Shown here: piece after piece, positions 14,777 through 32,545 of the stretch | Layout: the number at the start of each line of letters is the position of its first letter | Numbering within the stretch: position 1 is the first letter of the stretch | Source of the DNA: Escherichia coli | GTDB lineage: Bacteria > Pseudomonadota > Gammaproteobacteria > Enterobacterales > Enterobacteriaceae | DNA: 64,000 nt | Reading direction: 5' to 3' (one strand) | Assembly (NCBI RefSeq): GCF_044324785.1 | Contig: NZ_CP172127.1 | Position numbers and translations under genes: made by a program | The notes under the pieces: generated by a model | Database searches by the model: none | What the model was told of the DNA's origin: nothing | Seen by the model: only the letters and a program-made list of their open reading frames with translations

Positions 14777-16755
<1,979 letters not shown>

Positions 16756-16757
<2 letters not shown>

Positions 16758-17895
16758 GTCAGAGCCCCTCGATCTCAATCAGTTAGCGCAAAAAATTAAA
16801 CAGTGGGGGCTGGAACTGGGCTTTCAGCAGGTAGGTATTACCGATACCGATCTCAGCGCGTCCGAGCCCAAACTGCAAGCATGGCTGGACAAACAATACC
16901 ACGGCGAAATGGACTGGATGGCGCGTCACGGTATGCTGCGTGCTCGTCCTCACGAATTATTGCCCGGTACGCTGCGCGTGATCAGCGTGCGGATGAATTA
17001 CCTTCCTGCTAACGCCGCATTTGCCAGCACGCTGAAAAACCCCAAGCTCGGCTATGTGAGCCGTTATGCGCTGGGCCGTGACTATCACAAACTTCTGCGC
17101 AACCGACTCAAAAAGCTGGGCGAGATGATTCAGCAACATTGTGTTTCGCTGAATTTTAGACCGTTTGTCGATTCTGCGCCTATTCTCGAGCGTCCGTTAG
17201 CTGAAAAAGCAGGACTCGGCTGGACAGGTAAGCACTCACTTATCCTCAATCGCGAGGCTGGTTCGTTCTTCTTTTTAGGCGAATTGCTGGTCGATATTCC
17301 TCTGCCCGTGGATCAACCGGTCGAGGAAGGATGCGGTAAATGCGTGGCCTGTATGACGATTTGCCCGACCGGAGCCATCGTCGAACCATATACCGTCGAT
17401 GCTCGCCGCTGTATCTCTTATCTCACCATCGAACTGGAAGGGGCGATCCCGGAAGAGTTGCGACCGTTAATGGGAAACCGTATTTATGGTTGCGATGACT
17501 GCCAGCTTATCTGCCCGTGGAATCGCTATTCGCAACTCACTACAGAAGACGATTTCAGCCCGCGTAAGCCGCTACACGCTCCGGAACTCATTGAGTTATT
17601 CGCCTGGAGCGAAGAGAAGTTTTTAAAAGTCACGGAAGGTTCGGCGATTCGCCGTATAGGTCACCTGCGTTGGCTGCGTAATATCGCCGTAGCATTAGGC
17701 AATGCCCCCTGGGATGAAACGATTTTGACAGCACTGGAAAGTCGTAAAGGTGAGCACCCACTTCTCGATGAGCACATAGCGTGGGCGATTGCGCAGCAAA
17801 TCGAGAGGCGAAATGCGTGCGTGGTCGAAGTGCAATTACCGAAAAAACAGCGTCTGGTTCGGGTGATTGAAAAAGGGTTACCGCGTGACGCCTGA
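16756..17895 (+). CDS. queG: Epoxyqueuosine reductase QueG
   Basis: Start MSEPLDLNQLAQ; 4Fe-4S Cys motifs (CGKCVACMTICP, CDDCQLICP); divergent from nnr. Confidence 0.85.
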
Positions 17896-18164
17896 TTCAT
17901 CCACAGCTTGTGAATAAAAATAAAAACGCATTGCAATTCAAGCCGGAAAAAATCGTCAAGTGATCGATACGACAAAACGAAATCTTAATTTTTAACTTAT
18001 CTATCAATAGGTTAAAAAAATACTATTCACCGTGCGAAGTTTCTTTGAAATTAAGATTACAGCCTGAGACTGTGGATAACTCTGTTTACAAGAGTTTGTC
18101 AGAGACAACAAAAACCAGCAATAACGCATCGCGTCGCTGTGGATATTTTATTGAGAGAAGAATT

Positions 18165-18240
<76 letters not shown>

Positions 18241-18276
18241 TTGGGTGGTCTGTGCTTTGCAGCACTTTTCAAATTT

Positions 18277-18352
<76 letters not shown>

Positions 18353-18387
18353 TTGGGTGGTCTGTGCTTTTCAGCACTTTCAAATTT

Positions 18388-18463
<76 letters not shown>

Positions 18464-18673
18464 GTACTACTTAATTTTGCTTTCGTAATTTTCGCATTTC
18501 TGCGTCGTTACGGGAGGCGCATTATACGAGAAATCTTTCCCTCTGCAACCCCCCTAAAAAATTTTTTTTGAGTTTTTATCTCAAATGCTGAAATTATCAG
18601 CAAGACGTTCAATTTAGCGTCAAAATCACGCCGCCGCAAGTGGATTACGGCGCTTACGTGACCAGGAAAAATT

Positions 18674-19219
18674 TTACAGCTTGATAAAATGCTCGCGGTA
18701 GTAAGCCAGTTCTGCCACCGACTCACGGATATCATCCATCGCCTGATGCGTCCCCTGCTTGGTAAAACCATCAAGAATTTCCGGCTTCCAGCGGCGCGCC
18801 AGCTCTTTCAGCGTGCTGACATCGAGATAACGGTAGTGGAAATAGGCTTCCAGCTCCGGCATGTATTTAAACAGGAAGCGACGGTCCTGACCGATGCTGT
18901 TACCGCAAATCGGCGATTTTCCCGCAGGCACCCACTGTTTTAAGAATTCGAGCGTTGCCAGTTCAGCTTCACGATCGCCCATCGTGCTCGCTTTCACGCG
19001 CTCTACCAGCCCGCTGGCGGTATGGGTGCGCACGTTCCAGTCATCCATCAGCGCCAGCTGTTCATCAGACTGGTGTACTGCAATGGTCGGCCCTTCTGCC
19101 AGAATATTCAGGTTGGCATCGGTCACCAGCGTGGCAATCTCAATAATGCGATCGCGCTCGGGATCCAGACCGGTCATTTCAAGATCGATCCAAATCAGGT
19201 TGTTTTCATTGGCACTCAT
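18674..19219 (-). CDS. orn: Oligoribonuclease
   Basis: Internal start [18 protein letters not shown] gives 181 aa, DEDDh exonuclease family; the supplied ORF is N-terminally over-extended. Confidence 0.9.
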
Positions 19220-19313
19220 GCTATTTTCCACCCATTCACAGTGACTATATTGATCCACAATTGCGTGTATCATAGATGTTTTGCCCATCAGGGGCGACCA
19301 GGAGTCTGTACGA

Positions 19314-20366
19314 TTGAGTAAAAATAAACTCTCCAAAGGCCAGCAGCGCCGCGTGAACGCCAATCACCAGCGTCGTCTTAAAACGTCTAAGGAGAAGCCC
19401 GACTACGACGACAATCTGTTTGGCGAGCCTGATGAAGGTATCGTCATCAGCCGCTTTGGTATGCACGCTGATGTGGAATCCGCCGATGGCGACGTTCACC
19501 GCTGCAATATTCGCCGTACCATCCGTTCGCTGGTGACCGGCGACCGCGTAGTCTGGCGTCCGGGTAAACCGGCGGCGGAAGGCGTAAATGTCAAAGGGAT
19601 CGTGGAAGCGGTGCATGAGCGCACCTCGGTGTTGACGCGTCCGGATTTCTACGACGGCGTGAAACCTATTGCCGCCAACATCGACCAGATTGTCATTGTC
19701 TCCGCCATTTTGCCGGAGCTGTCGCTCAATATTATCGACCGTTACCTGGTGGCCTGCGAAACCTTGCAGATTGAGCCGATTATTGTGCTCAACAAGATAG
19801 ACCTGCTGGACGACGAAGGCATGGCATTCGTCAACGAGCAGATGGATATCTACCGCAATATCGGTTATCGCGTATTGATGGTTTCCAGCCATACTCAGGA
19901 TGGGCTGAAACCGCTGGAAGAGGCGTTGACCGGGCGCATCAGCATTTTTGCCGGGCAGTCTGGCGTCGGTAAATCCAGCCTGCTGAACGCGTTGCTGGGG
20001 CTGCAAAAAGAGATCCTGACCAACGATGTTTCTGACAACTCGGGTCTCGGTCAGCACACCACGACCGCCGCTCGGCTGTATCACTTCCCGCACGGTGGTG
20101 ATGTGATTGATTCCCCAGGTGTGCGTGAGTTTGGTCTCTGGCACCTGGAGCCGGAACAAATCACTCAGGGCTTTGTCGAATTCCATGACTATTTAGGTCT
20201 GTGTAAATATCGCGATTGCAAACACGATACCGATCCGGGCTGCGCTATCCGGGAAGCGGTTGAGGAAGGGAAAATCGCGGAAACCCGTTTCGAAAACTAT
20301 CACCGTATTCTGGAAAGCATGGCGCAGGTAAAAACGCGTAAAAACTTTTCTGATACGGATGACTGA
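19314..20366 (+). CDS. rsgA: Ribosome small-subunit biogenesis GTPase RsgA
   Basis: Circularly permuted GTPase motifs and C-terminal zinc finger; start inferred at the non-ATG codon before [12 protein letters not shown] (350 aa). Confidence 0.85.
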
Positions 20367-20462
20367 CAATTAAGCTAACCGTCGTTAGAATCGTCCCCTT
20401 TTTTTCAGGATCCGGCATGTAGGCCGGATCAGGAACGACAAAACAATGGCCTGGAGGCTACC

Positions 20463-21431
20463 TTGTTAAATTCATTTAAACTTTCGCTACAGTACATTCT
20501 GCCGAAACTATGGCTTACTCGCCTGGCGGGTTGGGGCGCAAGCAAGCGGGCAGGATGGCTGACAAAACTGGTTATCGATCTGTTCGTTAAATACTACAAG
20601 GTCGACATGAAAGAGGCGCAAAAGCCGGACACCGCCAGCTACCGCACCTTTAACGAATTCTTTGTCCGTCCGCTGCGTGACGAAGTACGCCCAATCGATA
20701 CCGATCCGAATGTCCTGGTCATGCCTGCCGATGGCGTTATCAGCCAGTTGGGTAAAATCGAAGAAGATAAAATCCTGCAAGCCAAAGGCCACAACTACAG
20801 CCTCGAAGCCCTGCTGGCAGGCAACTATCTGATGGCTGACCTGTTCCGCAACGGTACGTTTGTGACCACTTACCTCTCCCCGCGTGACTACCACCGCGTA
20901 CACATGCCGTGCAACGGTATTCTGCGTGAAATGATCTACGTGCCGGGCGATCTCTTCTCCGTTAACCATCTCACCGCTCAGAACGTGCCGAATCTGTTTG
21001 CCCGTAACGAACGCGTGATCTGCCTGTTCGATACCGAATTTGGCCCGATGGCGCAGATTCTGGTCGGTGCGACGATTGTTGGCAGCATTGAGACGGTCTG
21101 GGCGGGCACCATTACGCCGCCGCGCGAAGGTATCATCAAGCGCTGGACCTGGCCTGCCGGGGAAAACGACGGTTCTGTGGCACTGCTGAAAGGCCAGGAA
21201 ATGGGTCGCTTTAAACTTGGCTCTACCGTTATCAACCTGTTTGCACCGGGTAAAGTGAATCTGGTTGAGCAACTGGAAAGCCTGTCTGTTACGAAAATTG
21301 GTCAGCCGCTGGCAGTATCTACCGAAACCTTTGTTACGCCAGACGCTGAACCGGCCCCGCTTCCTGCTGAAGAGATCGAAGCAGAACACGACGCCAGCCC
21401 ATTGGTTGACGACAAAAAAGACCAGGTCTAA
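20463..21431 (+). CDS. psd: Phosphatidylserine decarboxylase proenzyme
   Basis: 322 aa, [29 protein letters not shown], with the LGST processing motif near the C-terminus. Confidence 0.92.
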
Positions 21432-21452
21432 TCCATCAAAGGAAACGCTGAC

Positions 21453-24400
21453 GTGCGCCTGATTATCACTTTTCTGATGGCCTGGTGCCTCAGTTGGGGG
21501 GCGTACGCCGCGACGGCCCCCGATAGCAAACAAATCTCACAAGAACTGGAGCAGGCAAAAGCGGCAAAACCCGCGCAGCCGGAAGTCGTAGAGGCGCTCC
21601 AGTCCGCCTTAAATGCGCTTGAGGAACGAAAAGGTTCCCTTGAGCGCATCAAGCAATATCAAGAAGTCATTGATAATTACCCGAAACTTTCCGCTACTCT
21701 GCGCGCACAATTAAACAACATGCGTGACGAGCCGCGCAGCGTGTCACCGGGAATGTCTACCGACGCGCTGAATCAGGAAATTCTCCAGGTCAGTAGCCAG
21801 TTGCTGGATAAAAGCCGTCAGGCCCAGCAAGAGCAGGAACGCGCCCGCGAGATTGCCGATTCGCTGAATCAACTGCCGCAACAGCAAACCGATGCCCGCC
21901 GTCAGTTAAATGAAATCGAGCGCCGCCTGGGGACGCTTACCGGCAATTCCCCGCTCAATCAGGCACAAAATTTCGCGTTGCAGTCTGACTCCGCACGCCT
22001 GAAAGCGCTCGTCGATGAACTGGAACTCGCGCAGCTGTCCGCCAATAACCGCCAGGAATTAGCGCGCTTACGCTCAGAGCTGGCGGAAAAAGAGAGCCAG
22101 CAACTGGATGCGTATTTGCAGGCCTTACGTAATCAGTTGAACAGCCAACGTCAGCTTGAGGCGGAGCGGGCGCTGGAAAGTACCGAATTACTGGCAGAAA
22201 ACAGCGCCGATTTGCCGAAAGATATCGTCGCGCAATTCAAAATTAACCGCGAACTATCGGCGGCGCTGAATCAACAGGCGCAGCGGATGGATCTCGTTGC
22301 CTCGCAACAGCGTCAGGCTGCCAGCCAGACGTTACAGGTCCGGCAGGCGTTGAATACGCTGCGTGAACAGTCGCAATGGCTGGGATCGTCCAACCTGCTC
22401 GGCGAAGCGTTGCGGGCGCAGGTGGCACGGCTACCGGAAATGCCAAAACCACAACAGCTTGATACCGAAATGGCGCAGTTGCGTGTGCAACGGTTACGTT
22501 ATGAGGATCTGCTAAATAAACAGCCGCTGCTACGGCAAATCCATCAGGCCGACGGTCAGCCGCTGACCGCCGAGCAAAACCGTATTCTGGAAGCACAGCT
22601 ACGCACTCAGCGTGAGTTGCTGAACTCATTGTTGCAGGGTGGCGACACGCTACTGCTGGAACTGACCAAGTTGAAAGTCTCCAACGGGCAACTGGAGGAT
22701 GCGCTGAAAGAGGTGAACGAAGCGACGCACCGCTATCTGTTCTGGACCTCTGACGTGCGTCCGATGACCATCGCCTGGCCGCTGGAGATCGCCCAGGATC
22801 TGCGTCGTCTCATTTCGCTGGACACCTTCAGTCAGTTGGGCAAAGCCAGTGTGATGATGCTGACCAGTAAAGAGACGATTTTGCCGCTGTTTGGCGCGTT
22901 GATTCTGGTCGGTTGCAGTATTTACTCGCGCCGCTATTTCACCCGTTTTCTTGAACGTTCGGCGGCGAAAGTCGGCAAAGTGACTCAGGATCACTTCTGG
23001 CTGACGTTACGCACTCTTTTCTGGTCGATTCTCGTCGCGTCACCGCTGCCTGTGCTGTGGATGACGCTGGGTTACGGCTTGCGCGAGGCGTGGCCTTATC
23101 CGCTGGCGGTCGCGATTGGTGATGGCGTAACAGCCACCGTACCGCTGCTGTGGGTAGTGATGATTTGCGCCACCTTTGCCCGCCCGAACGGCTTGTTTAT
23201 CGCTCATTTTGGCTGGCCGCGCGAACGGGTTTCCCGTGGGATGCGCTACTACCTGATGAGCATTGGGCTTATCGTGCCGCTGATTATGGCGCTGATGATG
23301 TTCGATAACCTCGACGACCGTGAATTCTCCGGTTCGCTGGGACGGCTTTGCTTTATCCTCATTTGCGGTGCACTGGCAGTAGTCACCCTCAGTCTGAAAA
23401 AGGCCGGGATCCCGCTGTATCTCAACAAAGAAGGCAGCGGCGACAACATTACCAACCATATGCTGTGGAACATGATGATTGGCGCACCGCTGGTTGCCAT
23501 TCTGGCGTCGGCGGTGGGTTATCTGGCAACGGCGCAGGCGCTGTTAGCGAGGCTTGAAACCTCGGTTGCCATCTGGTTCCTGCTACTGGTGGTTTATCAC
23601 GTTATCCGCCGCTGGATGCTGATCCAGCGCCGCAGGCTGGCGTTTGACCGGGCGAAGCATCGCCGGGCAGAGATGTTAGCGCAACGTGCGCGTGGCGAAG
23701 AAGAAGCGCATCATCACAGTAGCCCCGAAGGGGCAATTGAAGTCGATGAAAGCGAAGTCGATCTCGATGCCATCAGTGCGCAATCCTTGCGGCTGGTGCG
23801 CTCAATTTTGATGTTGATCGCCCTGCTTTCGGTCATTGTGCTGTGGTCAGAAATCCATTCCGCTTTCGGCTTCCTTGAAAATATTTCGCTGTGGGATGTC
23901 ACTTCCACGGTACAGGGAGTGGAAAGTCTGGAACCGATTACCCTCGGTGCGGTGCTGATTGCCATTCTGGTGTTTATCATCACCACGCAGCTGGTGCGCA
24001 ACCTGCCCGCACTGCTGGAACTGGCGATTTTGCAGCACCTGGATTTAACGCCGGGTACGGGCTACGCCATCACCACCATCACCAAATATCTGCTGATGCT
24101 GATTGGCGGGCTGGTCGGCTTCTCGATGATTGGTATTGAGTGGTCGAAATTGCAGTGGCTGGTCGCCGCACTCGGTGTTGGTCTCGGTTTTGGTCTGCAG
24201 GAAATTTTCGCCAACTTTATCTCTGGCCTGATCATCCTGTTCGAAAAACCGATTCGCATTGGCGATACGGTAACGATCCGCGATCTTACCGGTAGTGTGA
24301 CGAAAATTAACACCCGCGCCACCACCATCAGCGACTGGGATCGCAAAGAAATTATCGTGCCGAACAAGGCGTTTATTACCGAGCAGTTTATCAACTGGTC

Positions 24401-24776
24401 GCTCTCTGACTCGGTCACGCGCGTGGTGTTGACGATTCCGGCCCCTGCCGATGCCAACAGTGAAGAAGTGACGGAAATCCTGCTCACCGCAGCGCGTCGC
24501 TGCTCGCTGGTGATCGACAACCCGGCACCGGAAGTCTTCCTGGTGGATCTGCAACAGGGGATTCAGATTTTCGAGCTGCGTATTTACGCCGCTGAGATGG
24601 GTCACCGTATGCCGCTACGCCATGAAATCCATCAACTGATTCTGGCGGGCTTCCACGCCCACGGTATTGATATGCCATTCCCGCCCTTCCAGATGCGTCT
24701 GGAAAGCCTGAATGGTAAGCAAACGGGGAGAACATTAACTTCTGCGGGCAAAGGTCGTCAGGCGGGAAGTTTGTAA
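21453..24776 (+). CDS. mscM: Miniconductance mechanosensitive channel MscM (YjeP)
   Basis: 1107-aa protein with N-terminal coiled-coil periplasmic domain, multiple TM helices and a C-terminal MscS-type channel domain. Confidence 0.9.
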   Translation: MRLIITFLMAWCLSWGAYAATAPDSKQISQELEQAKAAKPAQPEVVEALQSALNALEERKGSLERIKQYQEVIDNYPKLSATLRAQLNNMRDEPRSVSPGMSTDALNQEILQVSSQLLDKSRQAQQEQERAREIADSLNQLPQQQTDARRQLNEIERRLGTLTGNSPLNQAQNFALQSDSARLKALVDELELAQLSANNRQELARLRSELAEKESQQLDAYLQALRNQLNSQRQLEAERALESTELLAENSADLPKDIVAQFKINRELSAALNQQAQRMDLVASQQRQAASQTLQVRQALNTLREQSQWLGSSNLLGEALRAQVARLPEMPKPQQLDTEMAQLRVQRLRYEDLLNKQPLLRQIHQADGQPLTAEQNRILEAQLRTQRELLNSLLQGGDTLLLELTKLKVSNGQLEDALKEVNEATHRYLFWTSDVRPMTIAWPLEIAQDLRRLISLDTFSQLGKASVMMLTSKETILPLFGALILVGCSIYSRRYFTRFLERSAAKVGKVTQDHFWLTLRTLFWSILVASPLPVLWMTLGYGLREAWPYPLAVAIGDGVTATVPLLWVVMICATFARPNGLFIAHFGWPRERVSRGMRYYLMSIGLIVPLIMALMMFDNLDDREFSGSLGRLCFILICGALAVVTLSLKKAGIPLYLNKEGSGDNITNHMLWNMMIGAPLVAILASAVGYLATAQALLARLETSVAIWFLLLVVYHVIRRWMLIQRRRLAFDRAKHRRAEMLAQRARGEEEAHHHSSPEGAIEVDESEVDLDAISAQSLRLVRSILMLIALLSVIVLWSEIHSAFGFLENISLWDVTSTVQGVESLEPITLGAVLIAILVFIITTQLVRNLPALLELAILQHLDLTPGTGYAITTITKYLLMLIGGLVGFSMIGIEWSKLQWLVAALGVGLGFGLQEIFANFISGLIILFEKPIRIGDTVTIRDLTGSVTKINTRATTISDWDRKEIIVPNKAFITEQFINWSLSDSVTRVVLTIPAPADANSEEVTEILLTAARRCSLVIDNPAPEVFLVDLQQGIQIFELRIYAAEMGHRMPLRHEIHQLILAGFHAHGIDMPFPPFQMRLESLNGKQTGRTLTSAGKGRQAGSL

Positions 24777-24926
24777 TGCATGAAGCTGCCAAATGATGTC
24801 AACGTGGCTCATTTAGCAGCTTAACATCATCTTCAGTTATCACCGGCCCTGGAGAGTATCATCCATACGCATTACTTCCTGACAACTCATCGCCGGAGAG
24901 ACGATGAGTTGCAGGATTTCATATGA

Positions 24927-26429
24927 TCAGTCGAGAGCTAACTCAGGTTTGTTCGCCATGCGACTGCAATAGTTCTGGTAAATCGCCATCGCTAACAGCG
25001 AGAAGAAGACAGGGCCGCCAATCATCCACAATGTGCTGTCCCAGTCTCCGGCTTCAACCACAGGTTGAATGATGGTGAAGACGTTCGCAAATGCCACAAC
25101 CAGTACGACAACCACCGTCGCAATCATTGCCGACATACGCGTTTTGAAAATCACAAACGGTCTGTCGAGATCCTGACGTGCTTTAAAGAATGGGAAAGCC
25201 AGCGCGAGGAACAAGTAAGGAAGCGTCATAGACACGTTCGCCATCAGCGTCAGCTTGTTAAAGAACGCCGATGCGGTACCGCCACCAAACGAAACCAGCA
25301 GGATGAAGATAGTAACCAACCCACACTGCATCCACATGGCGATAGACGGCATCCCCATCGCATTCAGGCGCGTCATCGGTTCCGGCCACAACGCTTTCGG
25401 CGTCCCCTGGATGATGGCTTTCAGCGGTGAATAGCAAAGCGTAAAGAACGCACCGGTATAAGCGAGGAACATCGAAAGTCCGGTAATACGCGCAAACCAT
25501 ACGCCCAGCGACAATGACGCTTCAGGTGACAAATGCAGTGCGTTACCCAGCGCCATCCCGAGGCTCTTCATCAGCACATAGGTAATATTGCCGAGGTTAA
25601 CGGAACCATTACTTAATACCTGCTGCCAGTTTGTGCTGACGCCCCATAAAAATATTGCCAGCGAATAACCGATTGAAATAACAATAGCGGCAAAAACAAT
25701 ACCTTTGGCAAAGTTCTTTTCTGGATTTTCCGTTTTATCGACCAGACCACCAACCGCTTCAATTCCGCCATAGGCAAAAATAGCAAATACCACAAACGAT
25801 AGCATTGCCAGACCGGACTGATAACCTGGGTTCGGTGATGCAAGGAAATTAATATCCTGCGCGAAATGCCCACCATTTAATAACAAAATAGTAATGCTTA
25901 CTAACAGCAATACTAAATTCAGACACATTACTGCAATACCGCCCACCGCAGTAATGCGGGCAATTTTATTAATCCCCTTTGAAGCAACGACGGTGACCAG
26001 AATCATCCATGCCACTGCCAGCAGACCAACCACCTGCGTAGGCTCCAGTCCGGCAATACGCCAGTGCTGGGTCATGTCGCTACCATAGAGGAATGTTGAG
26101 AACGGTACCCAAACTTTCGCGGAGGTACTCACCATCCAGATGATATAAGAGGAAAACCACATAAATGTACCAATGAAGGCAAAACGTGGTCCGACACTAT
26201 TATTCATCCAGGAATAGATACCGCCTTCTTCTTTGCGATAAGCAGCTCCCATTTCAGCCATCATTAAGGCGAATGGAATAAAGAATAACAATGCAGAAAA
26301 TATATAAAAGGGAATCGCACTATAACCCATTAAGTAATAAGCCGATGGGCTATTGGCAAATCCAAATACGGAAGTAAAGATCATCAATATGAGTCCTATC
26401 AGACTCATCTTTTTTATCGTGTGAGGCAT
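24927..26429 (-). CDS. yjeM: APC-family amino acid transporter YjeM
   Basis: Polytopic membrane protein; start inferred at MPHTIKKMSL to give about 500 aa (ORF could extend to 26471). Confidence 0.75.
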   Translation of the reverse strand: MPHTIKKMSLIGLILMIFTSVFGFANSPSAYYLMGYSAIPFYIFSALLFFIPFALMMAEMGAAYRKEEGGIYSWMNNSVGPRFAFIGTFMWFSSYIIWMVSTSAKVWVPFSTFLYGSDMTQHWRIAGLEPTQVVGLLAVAWMILVTVVASKGINKIARITAVGGIAVMCLNLVLLLVSITILLLNGGHFAQDINFLASPNPGYQSGLAMLSFVVFAIFAYGGIEAVGGLVDKTENPEKNFAKGIVFAAIVISIGYSLAIFLWGVSTNWQQVLSNGSVNLGNITYVLMKSLGMALGNALHLSPEASLSLGVWFARITGLSMFLAYTGAFFTLCYSPLKAIIQGTPKALWPEPMTRLNAMGMPSIAMWMQCGLVTIFILLVSFGGGTASAFFNKLTLMANVSMTLPYLFLALAFPFFKARQDLDRPFVIFKTRMSAMIATVVVVLVVAFANVFTIIQPVVEAGDWDSTLWMIGGPVFFSLLAMAIYQNYCSRMANKPELALD

Positions 26430-26647
26430 GAAACCATCCTTCATTTCAGCGCGTGTATAAAACGCGCCCACTGAACTGCACTGCCCAACATTGAGCGGGC
26501 AGCGTAAAAACCAATACAGAATTGATACCTGGATGATATCAAATATCCAGTCTTAAATTGTGGCCTTTAGCGGAAAAATGAAAACATATGCTACAGAATG
26601 GCGCTTATCACGCCATTCTTCGCGGTTAATTCAGTAATTTTTCAGAA

Positions 26648-27625
26648 TTATGCCCGGTCAACGCTAAAGGCGATGACTTCAGCCAGTGTCTCCGCGCCCA
26701 GCGCCAACATCACCAGACGATCAACACCTAATGCCACGCCGGAACAGTCAGGCATACCGACTTTCAAGGCTTCAATCAGATTCTGGTCAATGGGGTGCTG
26801 CGGCAAACCGCGCGCCGCGCGCTTACGGTTATCTTGTTCAAAGCGTTGTTGCTGCTCACGGGCATCCGTCAATTCATGGAAACCATTCGCCAGCTCAATA
26901 CCTTTATAATAAACCTCAAAGCGTTCAGCGACCCGATGATCTTCGGTACTGATTTGCGCCAGTGATGCCTGGCTGGCTGGAAAGTGGTACACAAAGGTCG
27001 GTTTTTCTTTACCAATATTTGGCTCTACGCCAAAGGTAAACAGCAATTGTAGAAGCGTGTCGCGGTCTTCTTCGGTATCGGCAACGTTGCTCAAATCCAG
27101 TTTCGCTGCCACTTCCCGCAGTTGCGTTTTGTCGGCAGAGAGCGGGTCAATTTCCAGATAACGCAAGAAAGCTTGTTGATAAGAAAGGCTTTCTGCTGCC
27201 GGGCAGTCAAGCACCTGTTGTAAGAGATCGTCCACCTCGTTCATCAACCGGTACATATCATAGTGCGGTCGATACCACTCCAGCATAGTGAACTCAGGGT
27301 TGTGATAACGCCCCATCTCTTCATTACGGAAGCTGCGGCACAGCTGGAATACCGGCCCACAACCGGCAACCAGCAGGCGCTTCATATGGTATTCCGGGCT
27401 GGTCATTAACCAGAGATTCATCCCCTGCGAATGCCCGGGGCCTACGAAACGTGTCTCAAACGGGACCAAATGAATATCGGTTACCGTCGCCTGGCTCATA
27501 CAAGGCGTCTCCACCTCCAGCACTCCACGATCGGCAAAGAAACGACGGATCTCCGCCATAATCGCCGCGCGTTTTAATAAGTTAGGAATGGATGCGCTCG
27601 GCTGCCAGGATGCCGTTTCGCTCAT
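26648..27625 (-). CDS. epmA: EF-P lysine-34 lysyltransferase EpmA (PoxA)
   Basis: Class II aaRS-like catalytic domain; start [30 protein letters not shown]. Confidence 0.9.
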   Translation of the reverse strand: MSETASWQPSASIPNLLKRAAIMAEIRRFFADRGVLEVETPCMSQATVTDIHLVPFETRFVGPGHSQGMNLWLMTSPEYHMKRLLVAGCGPVFQLCRSFRNEEMGRYHNPEFTMLEWYRPHYDMYRLMNEVDDLLQQVLDCPAAESLSYQQAFLRYLEIDPLSADKTQLREVAAKLDLSNVADTEEDRDTLLQLLFTFGVEPNIGKEKPTFVYHFPASQASLAQISTEDHRVAERFEVYYKGIELANGFHELTDAREQQQRFEQDNRKRAARGLPQHPIDQNLIEALKVGMPDCSGVALGVDRLVMLALGAETLAEVIAFSVDRA

Positions 27626-27802
27626 AGTTAAATCTCCAGTTTTTGACAAGGGCACGAAGTCTACTCGCAACGCGACGGCGAGACAAATTTTACGCAGGAA
27701 TCAAACAAGGGTGGGTAGTGACTAAAAAAAGCACGATCTGATGGTTTAGTAATTAAATTAATCATCTTCAGTGATAATTTAGCCCTCTTGCGCACTAAAA
27801 AA

Positions 27803-27816
27803 ATCGATCTCGTCAA
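27803..27816 (+). promoter_or_regulatory. Candidate FNR binding site of the frdA promoter
   Basis: tcgatctcgtcaaa resembles the FNR consensus TTGAT-N4-ATCAA, about 130 bp upstream of the frdA start; anaerobic activation of frd by FNR is established. Confidence 0.45.
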
Positions 27817-27949
27817 ATTTCAGACTTATCCATCAGACTATACTGTTGTACCTATAAAGGAGCAGTGGAATAGCGTTCGCAGACCGTAACTTTCAGGCAC
27901 TTACCCTGAAGTACGGGGCTGTGGGATAAAAACAATCTGGAGGAATGTC

Positions 27950-29750
27950 GTGCAAACCTTTCAAGCCGATCTTGCCATTGTAGGCGCCGGTGGCGCGGGA
28001 TTACGTGCTGCAATTGCTGCCGCGCAGGCAAATCCAAATGCAAAAATCGCACTAATCTCAAAAGTATACCCGATGCGTAGCCATACCGTTGCTGCAGAAG
28101 GGGGCTCCGCCGCTGTCGCGCAGGATCATGACAGCTTCGAATATCACTTTCACGATACAGTAGCGGGTGGCGACTGGTTGTGTGAGCAGGATGTCGTGGA
28201 TTATTTCGTCCACCACTGCCCAACCGAAATGACCCAACTGGAACTGTGGGGATGCCCATGGAGCCGTCGCCCGGATGGTAGCGTCAACGTACGTCGCTTC
28301 GGCGGCATGAAAATCGAGCGTACCTGGTTCGCCGCCGATAAGACCGGCTTCCATATGCTGCACACGCTGTTCCAGACCTCTCTGCAATTCCCGCAGATCC
28401 AGCGTTTTGACGAACATTTCGTGCTGGATATTCTGGTTGATGATGGTCATGTTCGCGGCCTGGTAGCAATGAACATGATGGAAGGCACGCTGGTGCAGAT
28501 CCGTGCTAACGCGGTCGTTATGGCTACCGGCGGTGCGGGTCGCGTTTATCGTTACAATACCAATGGCGGCATCGTTACCGGTGACGGTATGGGTATGGCG
28601 CTAAGCCACGGCGTTCCGCTGCGTGACATGGAATTCGTTCAGTATCACCCAACCGGTCTGCCAGGTTCCGGTATCCTGATGACCGAAGGCTGCCGCGGTG
28701 AAGGCGGTATTCTGGTCAACAAAAATGGCTACCGTTATCTGCAAGATTACGGCATGGGCCCGGAAACTCCGCTGGGCGAGCCGAAAAACAAATATATGGA
28801 ACTGGGTCCACGCGACAAAGTTTCTCAGGCCTTCTGGCACGAATGGCGTAAAGGCAACACCATCTCCACGCCGCGTGGCGATGTGGTTTATCTCGACCTG
28901 CGTCACCTCGGCGAGAAAAAACTGCATGAACGTCTGCCGTTCATCTGCGAACTGGCGAAAGCGTACGTTGGCGTCGATCCGGTTAAAGAACCGATTCCGG
29001 TACGTCCGACCGCGCACTACACCATGGGCGGTATCGAAACCGATCAGAACTGTGAAACCCGCATTAAAGGTCTGTTCGCCGTGGGTGAATGTTCCTCTGT
29101 TGGTCTGCACGGTGCAAACCGTCTGGGTTCTAACTCCCTGGCGGAACTGGTGGTCTTCGGCCGTCTGGCCGGTGAACAAGCGACAGAGCGTGCAGCAACT
29201 GCCGGTAATGGCAACGAAGCGGCAATTGAAGCGCAGGCAGCTGGCGTTGAACAACGTCTGAAAGATCTGGTTAACCAGGATGGCGGCGAAAACTGGGCGA
29301 AGATCCGCGACGAAATGGGCCTGGCTATGGAAGAAGGTTGCGGTATCTACCGTACGCCGGAACTGATGCAGAAAACCATCGACAAGCTGGCAGAGCTGCA
29401 GGAACGCTTCAAGCGCGTGCGCATCACTGACACTTCCAGCGTGTTCAACACCGACCTGCTCTACACCATTGAACTGGGCCACGGTCTGAACGTTGCTGAA
29501 TGTATGGCGCACTCCGCAATGGCACGTAAAGAGTCCCGCGGCGCGCACCAGCGTCTGGACGAAGGTTGCACCGAGCGTGACGACGTCAACTTCCTCAAAC
29601 ACACCCTCGCCTTCCGCGATGCTGATGGCACGACTCGCCTGGAGTACAGCGACGTGAAGATTACTACGCTGCCGCCAGCTAAACGCGTTTACGGTGGCGA
29701 AGCGGATGCAGCCGATAAGGCGGAAGCAGCCAATAAGAAGGAGAAGGCGA

Positions 29751-29758
<8 letters not shown>
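27950..29758 (+). CDS. frdA: Fumarate reductase flavoprotein subunit
   Basis: [29 protein letters not shown]-binding N-terminus; 602 aa. Confidence 0.96.
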
Positions 29759-30891
<1,133 letters not shown>

Positions 30892-30901
30892 GGAGCCTGA
30901 G

Positions 30902-32457
<1,556 letters not shown>

Positions 32458-32545
32458 AATTTCATCGGGTCCGAATTTTTGGACCTTTTCTCCGCTTTTC
32501 CTTGCTGTCATCTACACTTAGAAAAAAACCAGTAAGGAAACATTT

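Noticed and set aside
20508-21533. 341-aa ORF on the minus strand
   Set aside because: Antisense to psd; a shadow ORF. The same reasoning applies to 19245-20186 (antisense to rsgA), 28601-29602 (antisense to frdA) and 43619-44404 (antisense to dcuA).
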